Source of the DNA: a virus
Lineage: Duplodnaviria > Caudoviricetes
Direction: 5' to 3' (one strand)
Length of the DNA stretch: 64,000 bases
Virus record (IMG/VR): IMGVR_UViG_3300017913_001781
Coordinates: 58,951 to 122,950 of that record
Of the stretch, positions 1-9,658 are shown piece by piece; positions within the stretch are counted from its first letter, which is position 1; each line of letters opens with the position of its first letter. The notes beneath the pieces were generated by a model, which was not told the origin of the DNA, ran no database searches, and was given only the letters and a program-made list of their open reading frames with translations. The position numbers and the translations under genes were made by a program.

Positions 1-1
1 T

Positions 2-1711
2 TTACAAGAAGATGGTGAATACGATGTTGATGACGTTAGAATATCCGGTGCTTTAGATTTAAGTAACATTGATTCTAATTCTCCAGGACCATATATCGTT
101 AATGGTATAACTCATTTTGACGGTTCAGAACCCAATTTCTTAACACAAATATCTCCAAACTCTGATAACACATACGGACCCCTTAGTATAGATTATCAAA
201 TACTAGACGAGGACGGTAATCCTTTAATTTATCAAATACAAATAGTCAGTGTTATTTCAGATTCTCAATTGGTTATTGAAGGTTTACCGTTTAATGAAAA
301 CGGTGAAACTATAGATCCGGTCTATTTGCCACTTTCTTTACAAGAATTTGCTGAATATGTATATATGGGAGGTGGAGTAAATAATCATAGCTTACTACTA
401 AATAACATATCGATTAACAATATAGTTAATTTAATTAATGAAAATGATCCTTCTATAAAATATACAACAGTTACCAAAGAGGGAGAAATTCAATCTAATA
501 GATTTGTTATGTCTATTGATGATGGTAATGAAATAGTAAGAGCATCTAATTTAATAGCGGCGGCAGATAACAATAAACCTAAAAGCTATTCTTTATTTAA
601 CGGAACTATAGGATATGAATTACAGACAAGAAATTCATACTATCCATTCTTAATTAGACATTCTGGCAATTACGTATGTGATTTAAAACCAGTAGTAACA
701 TTTACTGATGTCTACTCTCATTTTAAAGTTAATAGAAACTATGCAAAGAATTCTTTCTTAGAAGAAAGAAACTTTAAAGATAAGTTCTATAGACACCCGT
801 CTTCATATATTGACGAAAGCTTTTATAAAAGGGTTCATAGAGCTGAGTCTTATTATATCAAATACAATAGAACTAATGTCGCATTTAATCTTGGATTTAT
901 ATCTGATGATGGTAGGCATGATTCAAATTGGGGAATGATAAAAAATCACTTTTATCACAAAGTAAACGAAGATAATTCAACAGGAGTTACAAAATTAAGT
1001 GAAAGTGGTGAAGCCTCTCCACTTTATCCTCTCATAGGGGAAATAGCGATTGATAAACGAGACGTAAACGTATTTAGGTCTTCTTGGGAGGATGATTATT
1101 ATAGAACCGCATTAGCTGGAGGGGAATCTTCTTCTTCGCCTGGAACTTTCTCTACTAAAGAGTCTAGATCTTATTTGTCTTCTACTGTGATGAAACTTAG
1201 AGAATCATATACTCTAACTTCATTTACTACTCAAAACGCAGGTACCTTTGAGAACTTAGATTTAATATTAAAGAATAATTCTCATGAAGCTAATGTGGTA
1301 TTTGCTGAAGATTCAGAAAGAGTGTACATTGATTTTTATATGACAGATTTAATATCAGATGTTCTTTCTGTATCTGGCGTTGCTAATGAAATTCAAAAAT
1401 ATGTAGATGCTGCATCTTCATTCCAAGATAAAACAGATTTAACTGATGACGTCAAGTCATATGTTAATACTAATTTAGTCAATTTATTTACAGTAGATGA
1501 AGTAGAAATATATACTAGACGATCGCAAAGCGAGTCTACATCTATTAATCCAGTTGAATCATTAGATCTTATAGATAACGGTGGATTTAAATTAGACATA
1601 AATTACACTATTAACCAACATGCTCAAAGGCCTATCAATTTTAGATTGATATATAATAAGAGCCAGGGATACTCTTATATTATAAGACCTATGATAAAAA
1701 TAAAGCAATAA
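2..1711 (+). CDS. C-terminal part of a large virion structural (tail/baseplate-region) protein, 5'-truncated by the window
   Basis: The frame is open from position 2 (LQEDGEYDVDD...) and continuous with the 269..1711 ORF. It is N/S/D/Y-rich and sits upstream of a fibre gene. Function is inferred from context only. Confidence 0.55.
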   Translation, partial: LQEDGEYDVDDVRISGALDLSNIDSNSPGPYIVNGITHFDGSEPNFLTQISPNSDNTYGPLSIDYQILDEDGNPLIYQIQIVSVISDSQLVIEGLPFNENGETIDPVYLPLSLQEFAEYVYMGGGVNNHSLLLNNISINNIVNLINENDPSIKYTTVTKEGEIQSNRFVMSIDDGNEIVRASNLIAAADNNKPKSYSLFNGTIGYELQTRNSYYPFLIRHSGNYVCDLKPVVTFTDVYSHFKVNRNYAKNSFLEERNFKDKFYRHPSSYIDESFYKRVHRAESYYIKYNRTNVAFNLGFISDDGRHDSNWGMIKNHFYHKVNEDNSTGVTKLSESGEASPLYPLIGEIAIDKRDVNVFRSSWEDDYYRTALAGGESSSSPGTFSTKESRSYLSSTVMKLRESYTLTSFTTQNAGTFENLDLILKNNSHEANVVFAEDSERVYIDFYMTDLISDVLSVSGVANEIQKYVDAASSFQDKTDLTDDVKSYVNTNLVNLFTVDEVEIYTRRSQSESTSINPVESLDLIDNGGFKLDINYTINQHAQRPINFRLIYNKSQGYSYIIRPMIKIKQ

Positions 1712-1712
1712 G

Positions 1713-3872
1713 ATGCCTATTAACTTAAAGGAAATATTTGTTAATGATTCTAATCAAATAAAAGTTGAAAAACTTAATTATAATTTTGATCAGATTATAG
1801 GAACCGGTGGACAGCTAGGGCCAAGAGGGCCACAGGGTGTTCAAGGTGGTATAGGACCAGTCGGTCCTCAAGGTGCTCAAGGTCCTGTTGGTGCAACTGG
1901 AGCAGATGGTAGTGATGGTAATGATGGTCAAGACAGATGGTATTCAATGCCGCATGCTGCAGTTACTAATGAAGAAAATACTGATTACGATACAACAATC
2001 ATTAAGCCCAAAATAGATAATAGTGCTAATCAACCTACTTCAGTTTATATAGGTGATCCAACATTTGATGATACAATTTCAGAAGAAGGAGATGATGAAG
2101 CTAGAGCTTCATTAGTTATAGGAAAAAAGGATCCGTTTGAAAATCATATCAGGCTCGTGTCTGAGGATGGATTTAATATGGTAGTTAGAGGAGATACTTT
2201 AACTCAAGGTAACTATGGAGGAGTATTTCATATTCAAAAAGGTTTAGCTTCTAATAATTTAAAGATTAAAGGAGATATTAGTTTTGACGACATTACGATA
2301 AAAGCAACTAACGATAACGCTGGAATGGGCGTTATAGAATTTTCAGCAAATAAAACAGAAGTAATTTCTACAGAAGATGGCTTTTATACAAGCGAAGGAA
2401 CTAAATCTTACTTTAATGACAGAGTCCATGTGGTCGATGCAGACTTATTAGTTCAAGGTACAGGTTTTACTAGAATCTCAAAAGGAACAACTGCTGAAAG
2501 AGGAGTTATTTCTTCAGGAGATTTATCTGGAGGAAATATAAGATATAACTCTCAAACTAATCAGTATGAAGCTTATTATGAGAACACCGACGAAGGCGAT
2601 ATTTGGTTAAATCTTAGACAACTAACAGACGCCGATGGAGATACCTATATTGAACTTCCATTAAATAATGGAGACTTTGATAGAATTCGTTTTATGGTCA
2701 AAGATGAACAATACATGAGAATAGGGGGAACTCAAAGATCATTAAAGTCAGAGTCATCTGCTAATAATACAGTACCTGCTATCGTAACGAATAAAACTTT
2801 ATTCTCAGTAGAAAATGTTCATTTTATATCTGATTTTAAAGGTATTTCATTTAAAGAGGGGCCGGCTGCAACAAACGTTAATTCACCAATTGGAGGTTCA
2901 GCTGTTAATTATAATACAAACATCGCCGATAGAACAATAGATGACTTTTTCTATAGACAAACTGGCCAATTTGAATTAGAGCCCGGAACTTTTGTCGAAG
3001 GAGGCGATGTTTTAGTAAATGGAGTTGAATTCCCAGGGGGTGTACCTGATTCTGCAATATTAACCGACTCATTTTTTAGATGCTATAACTCTACTGTTTC
3101 TGGAAATGTAGGTAATTCCAGGCCGGTTGATTCAGGAGACTCATCAGTTAGCTTAGCGGCAGCAAGTGGAAATAACGATCCTAATACTAGATTGTTAACT
3201 CTAGTGCATTCTTTAGACTCTCAAATTACTTATCAAAAGATTGGAAATACAGTTACTGTAAATTGTTCACTAACTTGGAGACCATATGTGTTCGCTCAAA
3301 ACGGAGTTGATATCGGTGGAGTATCTCAATCGGGATCTAGTGACGCAGATTGGAGTCCAGCGGCATGGCCTGCTACTTATTTTGACCAATTAAATGATGA
3401 AGCTCATACATATTGGAATGACCCGAGCATAGCTGACAAAGAATTCTATATTTGTATACCTGAACTTTTTGATAGATTACCAAATATATGTAAAATGGTT
3501 AGGTTTCCTATCACATTACGTGAATGTACAATAAATGCTCCAAACGGTCTTAGAGAATTAAACGGAATATTAAGAGGAGAAACTTCAGACAATAGCGGTA
3601 ATATTTTCTTTAAAATAGAAGCGATAGCAGCCAATGGCACACAATTCGGACCGAGTGTAACTATAGGTGAAGTAATAGAAGGATCATTTCAATCATATGC
3701 AAATAACGATGTATGGATTTATACTGATTTTACGTTTACTTATTTCTGTAAAACTAAAAAATCTTGGCAACCTAATTCTTCATTTAATGATTCTATAAAT
3801 AGCGGACCTCCTTCTTCAGGGTCTTCTAATAATGTATCAGAAGGCGCCGGTGGAACTGGATCTGGTAGGTAA
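1713..3872 (+). CDS. Tail fibre/appendage protein with a collagen-like segment
   Basis: 14 Gly-X-Y triplets near the N-terminus. The GTTAER...GNIRYN..TNQYEAY and DADGDTYI motifs are typical of T4-like fibre proteins. A late motif lies upstream at 1648. Confidence 0.7.
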   Translation: MPINLKEIFVNDSNQIKVEKLNYNFDQIIGTGGQLGPRGPQGVQGGIGPVGPQGAQGPVGATGADGSDGNDGQDRWYSMPHAAVTNEENTDYDTTIIKPKIDNSANQPTSVYIGDPTFDDTISEEGDDEARASLVIGKKDPFENHIRLVSEDGFNMVVRGDTLTQGNYGGVFHIQKGLASNNLKIKGDISFDDITIKATNDNAGMGVIEFSANKTEVISTEDGFYTSEGTKSYFNDRVHVVDADLLVQGTGFTRISKGTTAERGVISSGDLSGGNIRYNSQTNQYEAYYENTDEGDIWLNLRQLTDADGDTYIELPLNNGDFDRIRFMVKDEQYMRIGGTQRSLKSESSANNTVPAIVTNKTLFSVENVHFISDFKGISFKEGPAATNVNSPIGGSAVNYNTNIADRTIDDFFYRQTGQFELEPGTFVEGGDVLVNGVEFPGGVPDSAILTDSFFRCYNSTVSGNVGNSRPVDSGDSSVSLAAASGNNDPNTRLLTLVHSLDSQITYQKIGNTVTVNCSLTWRPYVFAQNGVDIGGVSQSGSSDADWSPAAWPATYFDQLNDEAHTYWNDPSIADKEFYICIPELFDRLPNICKMVRFPITLRECTINAPNGLRELNGILRGETSDNSGNIFFKIEAIAANGTQFGPSVTIGEVIEGSFQSYANNDVWIYTDFTFTYFCKTKKSWQPNSSFNDSINSGPPSSGSSNNVSEGAGGTGSGR
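1809..1934 (+). repeat. Collagen-like (Gly-X-Y)14 coding repeat
   Basis: GQL GPR GPQ GVQ GGI GPV GPQ GAQ GPV GAT GAD GSD GND GQD. Confidence 0.9.
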
Positions 3873-3875
3873 AGA

Positions 3876-4685
3876 TTGATGAAAAAACGAAACGACAAAT
3901 ATGGTATTGGAGCAATTGCTCTTCTTATTGCAGTTCTTTTCTTGCAGTGTAACCAGTCGCGTCGTTTAAAAAGGGATCTTCAGCTTGAAAAAGAAAGAGT
4001 TGAAAGAGAAGTTAACAATCGTGCAGCTGCAGAAGATAGTTTAAGACTTATTAGATTACAAAATGGTAATTTAGCTACTACTATAAGATCTTATGAGTTT
4101 GACATTAAAAATCTAAAAGAAAGTGAAGAAATTCTTTTAGAAAAATATAATAATTTAACAGCTGGTTATAAAAAGTTAAAAGGCATCAATTCTCTTATCA
4201 AAGCAGATCTTGAACTAACTGAAAAGATATTAGCAGAGACACAGGCTACTTTAATTAATGATACTACTATAGCTCTTACGTTTACAGAGTATGATATATT
4301 TAGTGAAGGTAATACTCGCTTAATTTCTGGCAAGTCTTCTCTTTCTATTAGTCAGTTAGACAAACCTAGGTTGATAAATACTGAAATTCAATTAGATCAA
4401 AGCATAAGATTAAAAGCTTTAATTGATGATTTAGAAGAAGGTCCAAGTTTAGTTATTTCAACCGATTATCCAGGTATTACAATAACCGATATTGAAAATA
4501 TTAATCTAATTAACTCTAAATTAAGAGCTAAAGAATTAAATAATCCAGTTTCCAATAGTGGAGCTATTGGTTTTGGCTTAGGTATAGGTTATGGCCTCAA
4601 CTACGTTGGAGAAGGTAATTTTAAAGTAAATCCAACATTAAACGTAGGACTTATGTGGTCCCCAAAAAAATTAAGATTTAAATAA
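3876..4685 (+). CDS. Membrane-anchored/lipoprotein coiled-coil protein, spanin (Rz)-like candidate
   Basis: Basic N-terminus, then a hydrophobic stretch ending LFLQC (lipobox-like), a long coiled coil, and a C-terminal amphipathic beta-hairpin GFGLGIGYG...PTLNVGLMW. Confidence 0.5.
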   Translation: MMKKRNDKYGIGAIALLIAVLFLQCNQSRRLKRDLQLEKERVEREVNNRAAAEDSLRLIRLQNGNLATTIRSYEFDIKNLKESEEILLEKYNNLTAGYKKLKGINSLIKADLELTEKILAETQATLINDTTIALTFTEYDIFSEGNTRLISGKSSLSISQLDKPRLINTEIQLDQSIRLKALIDDLEEGPSLVISTDYPGITITDIENINLINSKLRAKELNNPVSNSGAIGFGLGIGYGLNYVGEGNFKVNPTLNVGLMWSPKKLRFK

Positions 4686-6772
4686 TGGCTCAGTCATCTA
4701 GATACTTTAGAATAGACGATGATGTATTGTTAGAGTTTATTTACCACGATCAAGGCAACCCAGATGCACATTATATTGAGGTTGACGATAATGGTAGCGA
4801 GATAAAGAAACTAACAGTAAATCCTAACGACCCGTATACTGAGCACATTAATCACCTAATTTGTGAGCTTGGTAGTCAAGTAGTTAACTTTGATGTGACT
4901 GTAGCCGGAGCATATCTTTCTGTTGAGAATTTTGCTGGAAGAACTCTTCTACTCGAGGCTGGAAAAACATATAAGTTTAACTTAAGTGCTTTACCAGATC
5001 CTAGTTTATTTACTATTGATTCAAATTATGGAACATATAGCCTAAGTAGCGTAGGCATTGGTACATTTATACCTACAATTTATGGAACTATAAACTATAG
5101 CTATCCAGGATTAACAGGAGGTAAAATTGTTATAGCTGATAAGGCAAATCCTTTATTTTCTACGCCAGATGAAGATACCGGAAATGACATAAATCATTTA
5201 ATCGGTAGATTTCATGCAATACCTCATGTAGATGATAATGTCAAATATGCTCTTTTAGGATATGATGTTGATGGTCTTTACGATCAACCTTTAAAATATA
5301 TCAACTCTTATCCAGGTTGGAATGGATCTAACGAAGCTGATTTGCTTTCATCACAAACTGATGCTAATGCTATTAATCGTATTTACTATGATGATATTAG
5401 ACTTCATTTAAGATCTGGTTTTTCTTTTGCATCTAGAGGATATGAAGGATTTTTATTCGAGGTTAAGACTGAAAGAGATAATGGTATTAAAAATTATTTA
5501 ACTCAACTAGTTTACTTAAATCAAAGTAACTACGAGGTTTCTAATCCTAAGCCATTCCTATTAGGCGAAACTTTATTTACTAAGTTTGTAAATTTAAAGA
5601 TTCCAACCCTTGTTAATCAAAATTTTGAATTTGAAGATTTCTTCTACGGTAACGGAGTCATTGAGCCTGTTTCTAACCAAACTTCTAACCTAAACCCTAC
5701 ATCTAATTATGAGATTAGCTTTAAGCTTATTGATAGATTAGAAAATATAGACGGTTATAATTATTTCTATACGGCTGAAGTAAATACGTTTAGCGTAAGT
5801 AGAGAAGATGAATATACTGATTTTACAGTAGTTGTAGAAGAAGCAGAAGATGGAGATTACTTTGAAATTTATGGAGAAAAAGACAATGATGCTGCTGCAT
5901 TCGAAGGCTACATAACTAATAGAATTAATACATCAACGGATGACATTATTGTAATGTATGAAGTAGAAGTTTACGAGCAAGTTGGTATTTCTCAAATTAA
6001 AACATTCGATACAACATTTACACAAGTTGTTGATTTTGATACTCCAATTACATTTAGACCTGTTATTATAAATGGCAATGTAGCTGTTAACTTTTCTATT
6101 GATGTAACTATGAGAATAGTTAACGAAACTGATAATACGCAGATAGTTAAAAGAGCGAGCGTTACATTTGACAGAGCCGCTAAATATGCTAAGCGTATGC
6201 AATCTGTTAAGATTAATTCTGCTACTAGATTGACAGAAGTATTTAATACATTACCTAATTTATCAGCTAATAGAGCGGTTAAGGGTCTTATCAATAATTC
6301 ATTACCCAAATCAACTAGATATGTACCCGCTTTTGTAGAGACGACAAACATTGTTGCAGCTAATGTGCCGGTTAATATTACTAGTAATACCAATGCTGAT
6401 TTACCACCAGATGAAGTAGAGGATCTAGAGACTCCAAAATATAAGTCAAGCGGCGATGTTACAATATATGTACCTCCGTTTACAACCTATTATAAATTCT
6501 ATATCGCTAAAAAGAATGGAGATGATTTAGATCAACTTTCTTTAACAGGTGCTGATGATATAGTACTTTCGTTTGAAGATGGAGGTACTAAGAAGGTATT
6601 TAATCATCAAAGGAGTAAAGACATAGACTTAGGTAAAGGAGAAGTTCTATTCAAAGTAGACGAAGCTAACGCTAGTGCAATTAGAGGTATGCAAAATAAA
6701 CAATTCTATATTTCTTCTAAGAGTGGATCCGACAATACTGTGATTGCCCACGGAAAATTTACCATTGAATAA
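4685..6772 (+). CDS. Hypothetical virion structural protein
   Basis: 695-aa beta-rich ORF, translationally coupled within the structural operon. Confidence 0.5.
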   Translation: MAQSSRYFRIDDDVLLEFIYHDQGNPDAHYIEVDDNGSEIKKLTVNPNDPYTEHINHLICELGSQVVNFDVTVAGAYLSVENFAGRTLLLEAGKTYKFNLSALPDPSLFTIDSNYGTYSLSSVGIGTFIPTIYGTINYSYPGLTGGKIVIADKANPLFSTPDEDTGNDINHLIGRFHAIPHVDDNVKYALLGYDVDGLYDQPLKYINSYPGWNGSNEADLLSSQTDANAINRIYYDDIRLHLRSGFSFASRGYEGFLFEVKTERDNGIKNYLTQLVYLNQSNYEVSNPKPFLLGETLFTKFVNLKIPTLVNQNFEFEDFFYGNGVIEPVSNQTSNLNPTSNYEISFKLIDRLENIDGYNYFYTAEVNTFSVSREDEYTDFTVVVEEAEDGDYFEIYGEKDNDAAAFEGYITNRINTSTDDIIVMYEVEVYEQVGISQIKTFDTTFTQVVDFDTPITFRPVIINGNVAVNFSIDVTMRIVNETDNTQIVKRASVTFDRAAKYAKRMQSVKINSATRLTEVFNTLPNLSANRAVKGLINNSLPKSTRYVPAFVETTNIVAANVPVNITSNTNADLPPDEVEDLETPKYKSSGDVTIYVPPFTTYYKFYIAKKNGDDLDQLSLTGADDIVLSFEDGGTKKVFNHQRSKDIDLGKGEVLFKVDEANASAIRGMQNKQFYISSKSGSDNTVIAHGKFTIE

Positions 6773-7323
6773 TGATTCTAAATTCTAGAAATAATTTATT
6801 CTCATTTAGGTTTCCAAGAAACTTTATACCCGAGGAGGTAGCTAATAAATATGTTAAGTATTTAAATAGAATGCCGGGTAATCTAATGCAAAGACCCGTT
6901 GATTTCGTTAATTATTCTATTCAAGGCATTAATGTTCCGGGTGTTTCATTTGATCCTATTTCACAAGCTGATAATGACGGAACAACTAGATATCACAGAG
7001 GTGCAGTTCCCATTCAAAATACAGTAGAGCGACAATTTACAGTTACTATGCAACTTTTAGATGGTTACATTAATTATTGGATAATGTTAGATACCTTGCT
7101 TTACTATTATGCAAGATCAACCGAGCAACCATTTACTGAGAATCTAGTTATGAGAATCATGGATGCTGAAGGAATAGGTATGGCTTCTATGGTTTTTGAA
7201 CAACCTATCATGAACTCAATTAACGAGCTTAACCTAAACTTTGCCGAAAATGTTGCCGAATTTAGTACGTTTGAAGTCACATTCTACTATAACAAACTCA
7301 ACCTAAAGATAGAAATAGATTAA
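6772..7323 (+). CDS. T4 gp3-like tail tube terminator / tail-tube-fold protein
   Basis: The pattern SIQGINVPGVSF...FTVTMQLLDGYINY...LNF....FSTFEVTFYY matches gp3/gp19-fold proteins. Confidence 0.6.
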   Translation: MILNSRNNLFSFRFPRNFIPEEVANKYVKYLNRMPGNLMQRPVDFVNYSIQGINVPGVSFDPISQADNDGTTRYHRGAVPIQNTVERQFTVTMQLLDGYINYWIMLDTLLYYYARSTEQPFTENLVMRIMDAEGIGMASMVFEQPIMNSINELNLNFAENVAEFSTFEVTFYYNKLNLKIEID

Positions 7324-7333
7324 TATATAAGAT

Positions 7334-7702
7334 ATGAAAACATTTTTAGAATATCTAAACGAGCAAGACATTTCAGAAAAAGATCTTCTTATTTTAAACG
7401 AAGGTCTTCAAAGCGAGTGGACCGATGAATTAGAAGCTAAAGTCGATGAAGCTATAAATGCATTTGCGTCTGAATACATGCTAGAAGACGGAACTTATGA
7501 TATCGATAGATTCAATGAAGAAATGACCAATGAAGGTATATTGGGTAGTATTATAGGTGGTCTTACTGGTTTTGCTCTAGGTAAATCAGTTGGTAAATTA
7601 ATAGCTAAAGTTTTAGGTGTACAAAAGGGTGTATTATATGACCTTCTGACTTCAAGATTAGTTGGCGCAGCTTTAGGAGCTTCTCTGGGAAAAAGATTTT
7701 AA
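7334..7702 (+). CDS. Putative internal head protein with a capsid-targeting leader and a C-terminal glycine-zipper segment
   Basis: Starts MKTFLEYLNE. The C-terminal GILGSIIGGLTGFALG...LVGAALGASLG is hydrophobic and GxxxG-rich. Late motif at 7322. Confidence 0.5.
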   Translation: MKTFLEYLNEQDISEKDLLILNEGLQSEWTDELEAKVDEAINAFASEYMLEDGTYDIDRFNEEMTNEGILGSIIGGLTGFALGKSVGKLIAKVLGVQKGVLYDLLTSRLVGAALGASLGKRF

Positions 7703-7703
7703 A

Positions 7704-8354
7704 GTGAATTACGTAGCAGTAGACTTTTCTCTTAACTCTCCTGGCATTTGCATTTACAATGACAAGAGTAAAAAGTACCAATTTATAAGTTATATTAAAA
7801 CAAAAACGGGTACAAAGGCCGAACAAGCTTTTCAAGAAGACATATCTAAACTTAAGGATGTGGCCTTAATTTATCAACCTGACTTTACAACAAGCGATGC
7901 TTACTCAAGCCAAGAGTTGAATAAAATTAAAAGATATGATAAGATGGCAGATGATATTGTCAATCTTATATTACAAGAGTCTCAGCAAGGAGACGGTTAT
8001 ACTATAGCATTTGAGGGTACAAGCTATGGTTCAAAAATGGGAACTAATAATATGATTGATATGGCAGCCGGCGCTGCAATCTTAAAACTAAAAATGTTAA
8101 AGATCTTTAAACCTGAAGATATTCAAACAATTGCTCCAACTACAATCAAGAAATTTGCAGGTAAAGGTAATATGAATAAATTACAATTATGTCAGGCCTT
8201 TTTAGATAATGTAAATGGAGATCCATTTTTAATGAAGGGAGAATTATTTCATTTTGTTACTAATAACATAACCATTGAAAAGAAAATTCCAAAGCCATTA
8301 GATGACCTTATTGATGCTTATTTTCTTTCAGCTCTTTTGGCATCAAAAGCTTAA
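7704..8354 (+). CDS. RuvC-like Holliday junction resolvase
   Basis: Acidic catalytic motifs VAVDFSLNSPG, IAFEG, APTTIKKFA.GKGN..K and DDLIDAY. Confidence 0.8.
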   Translation: MNYVAVDFSLNSPGICIYNDKSKKYQFISYIKTKTGTKAEQAFQEDISKLKDVALIYQPDFTTSDAYSSQELNKIKRYDKMADDIVNLILQESQQGDGYTIAFEGTSYGSKMGTNNMIDMAAGAAILKLKMLKIFKPEDIQTIAPTTIKKFAGKGNMNKLQLCQAFLDNVNGDPFLMKGELFHFVTNNITIEKKIPKPLDDLIDAYFLSALLASKA

Positions 8355-8451
8355 AGCCTATTCTTTCCCTGAAACCTAAAACCATTTATTGTATGCTAGT
8401 TGCCACGTTATGTTTCATGAAGAAACAAAAAGAAAAAGAGATATATAAGAT

Positions 8452-8679
8452 ATGTTGATGATTGATATAAATTATCCTAACATGGACATAAACACGTATG
8501 AGTTTCTTCAACTCAATAAGATCCTCAATAAAATGGTGTCAAATGGCCTAATTTCTCAAGAAGAAAAAGAAGAGCTATTACACAAATCAGGGCTGATTAA
8601 GCTAGAGGATGGAAGTTGGAGACCTACGAAAGATGATCCATCGATGAAGACTAAGATATTTCTTTCTGAAACTCTTTAA
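8452..8679 (+). CDS. Small hypothetical protein
   Basis: 75-aa ORF immediately after the GATATATA late motif at 8440. The start codon is uncertain. Confidence 0.5.
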   Translation: MLMIDINYPNMDINTYEFLQLNKILNKMVSNGLISQEEKEELLHKSGLIKLEDGSWRPTKDDPSMKTKIFLSETL

Positions 8680-8694
8680 GATTTAAAGGTATAA
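8667..8694 (+). promoter_or_regulatory. Middle-type promoter TGAAAC-N17-TATAA (gp32 operon)
   Basis: Motif with conserved spacing upstream of replication genes. Confidence 0.6.
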
Positions 8695-8746
8695 CAAGCA
8701 ACTTAAAGCTAATTTTAAGGTATTAACAAATTAAAGGTTTTTTATT

Positions 8747-9658
8747 ATGGCAGATTTTGATATTTTCAATCTCGGAGTTGAGGACGTAGAAACACATACT
8801 CAACAAACAACTACCTCAGCAAATGAGGTTTACAAGCCTACCGCAGATGACGGTAAGGACGGAACTTATAAGGCGCTCGTTCGCTTCGTTCCAAACCCAG
8901 CTAACCCCCGTAATTCTCTTATTCAGAAGTACGTTCACTGGTTGGTTGATTCTAATGGTGATGGCAAGATTGTCGATTCACCTCAAACAATCGGCGAGAA
9001 GTGCCCAATTGCAGATGTTTTCTGGAAGCTTCGTAAGTCCGATTCAGCTGTTGATCGCAAGACTTCAGACAAGCTTAAGCGTCGTCAACAGTACTATGCA
9101 CTAATTAAGATTATCAAGGATCCTCAGAATCCGGATCTTGAAGGTCAATACAAAGTATTCAAATTCGGATATAAGATCAAAGAAAAGATCGATGCTGAGT
9201 TGAAGCCTGACTTTGGAGAACCAACACAAGTCTTTGACCTTTTTGAAGGTAAGAACTTTGAGTTGATTATCACTCGTCAAGGTGAATATAACAACTACGA
9301 TAAGTCTAAGTTCTCTGCATCTCGCTCTGCAGTCGTTATCAACGGCGAACCAGCTGAGCGTAGCAAAGAGGCTATGGAAACCATCAAGACTGAACTTGAA
9401 GGTGCTCCTGACTTGTCAATGTATGACTATCAAGCATGGGACGAGGACACCCGCGAGTTCGTCAACAACGTACTTCGCATGTACCTCAACCCAGGAGACT
9501 CTATTGCTGAAGTCACTCCAAGTGCTGCGCCTAAAACGCAAGCAAAGAAAGAGCCAGTCGCCACTCCGGTTACTGCTACCACCGAGTCAACATCAGACAC
9601 TACTTCGGTCAGCACTGATGACGACCTTGATTCTTTCTTGAATGACCTCGACATCTAA
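8747..9658 (+). CDS. Single-stranded DNA-binding protein (T4 gp32-like)
   Basis: YKPTADDGKDGTYKALVRFVP, CPI, VFKFGYKIKEKI, FDLFEGKNF, YNNYDKSKF and an acidic tail DDDLDSFLNDLDI. Confidence 0.9.
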   Translation: MADFDIFNLGVEDVETHTQQTTTSANEVYKPTADDGKDGTYKALVRFVPNPANPRNSLIQKYVHWLVDSNGDGKIVDSPQTIGEKCPIADVFWKLRKSDSAVDRKTSDKLKRRQQYYALIKIIKDPQNPDLEGQYKVFKFGYKIKEKIDAELKPDFGEPTQVFDLFEGKNFELIITRQGEYNNYDKSKFSASRSAVVINGEPAERSKEAMETIKTELEGAPDLSMYDYQAWDEDTREFVNNVLRMYLNPGDSIAEVTPSAAPKTQAKKEPVATPVTATTESTSDTTSVSTDDDLDSFLNDLDI

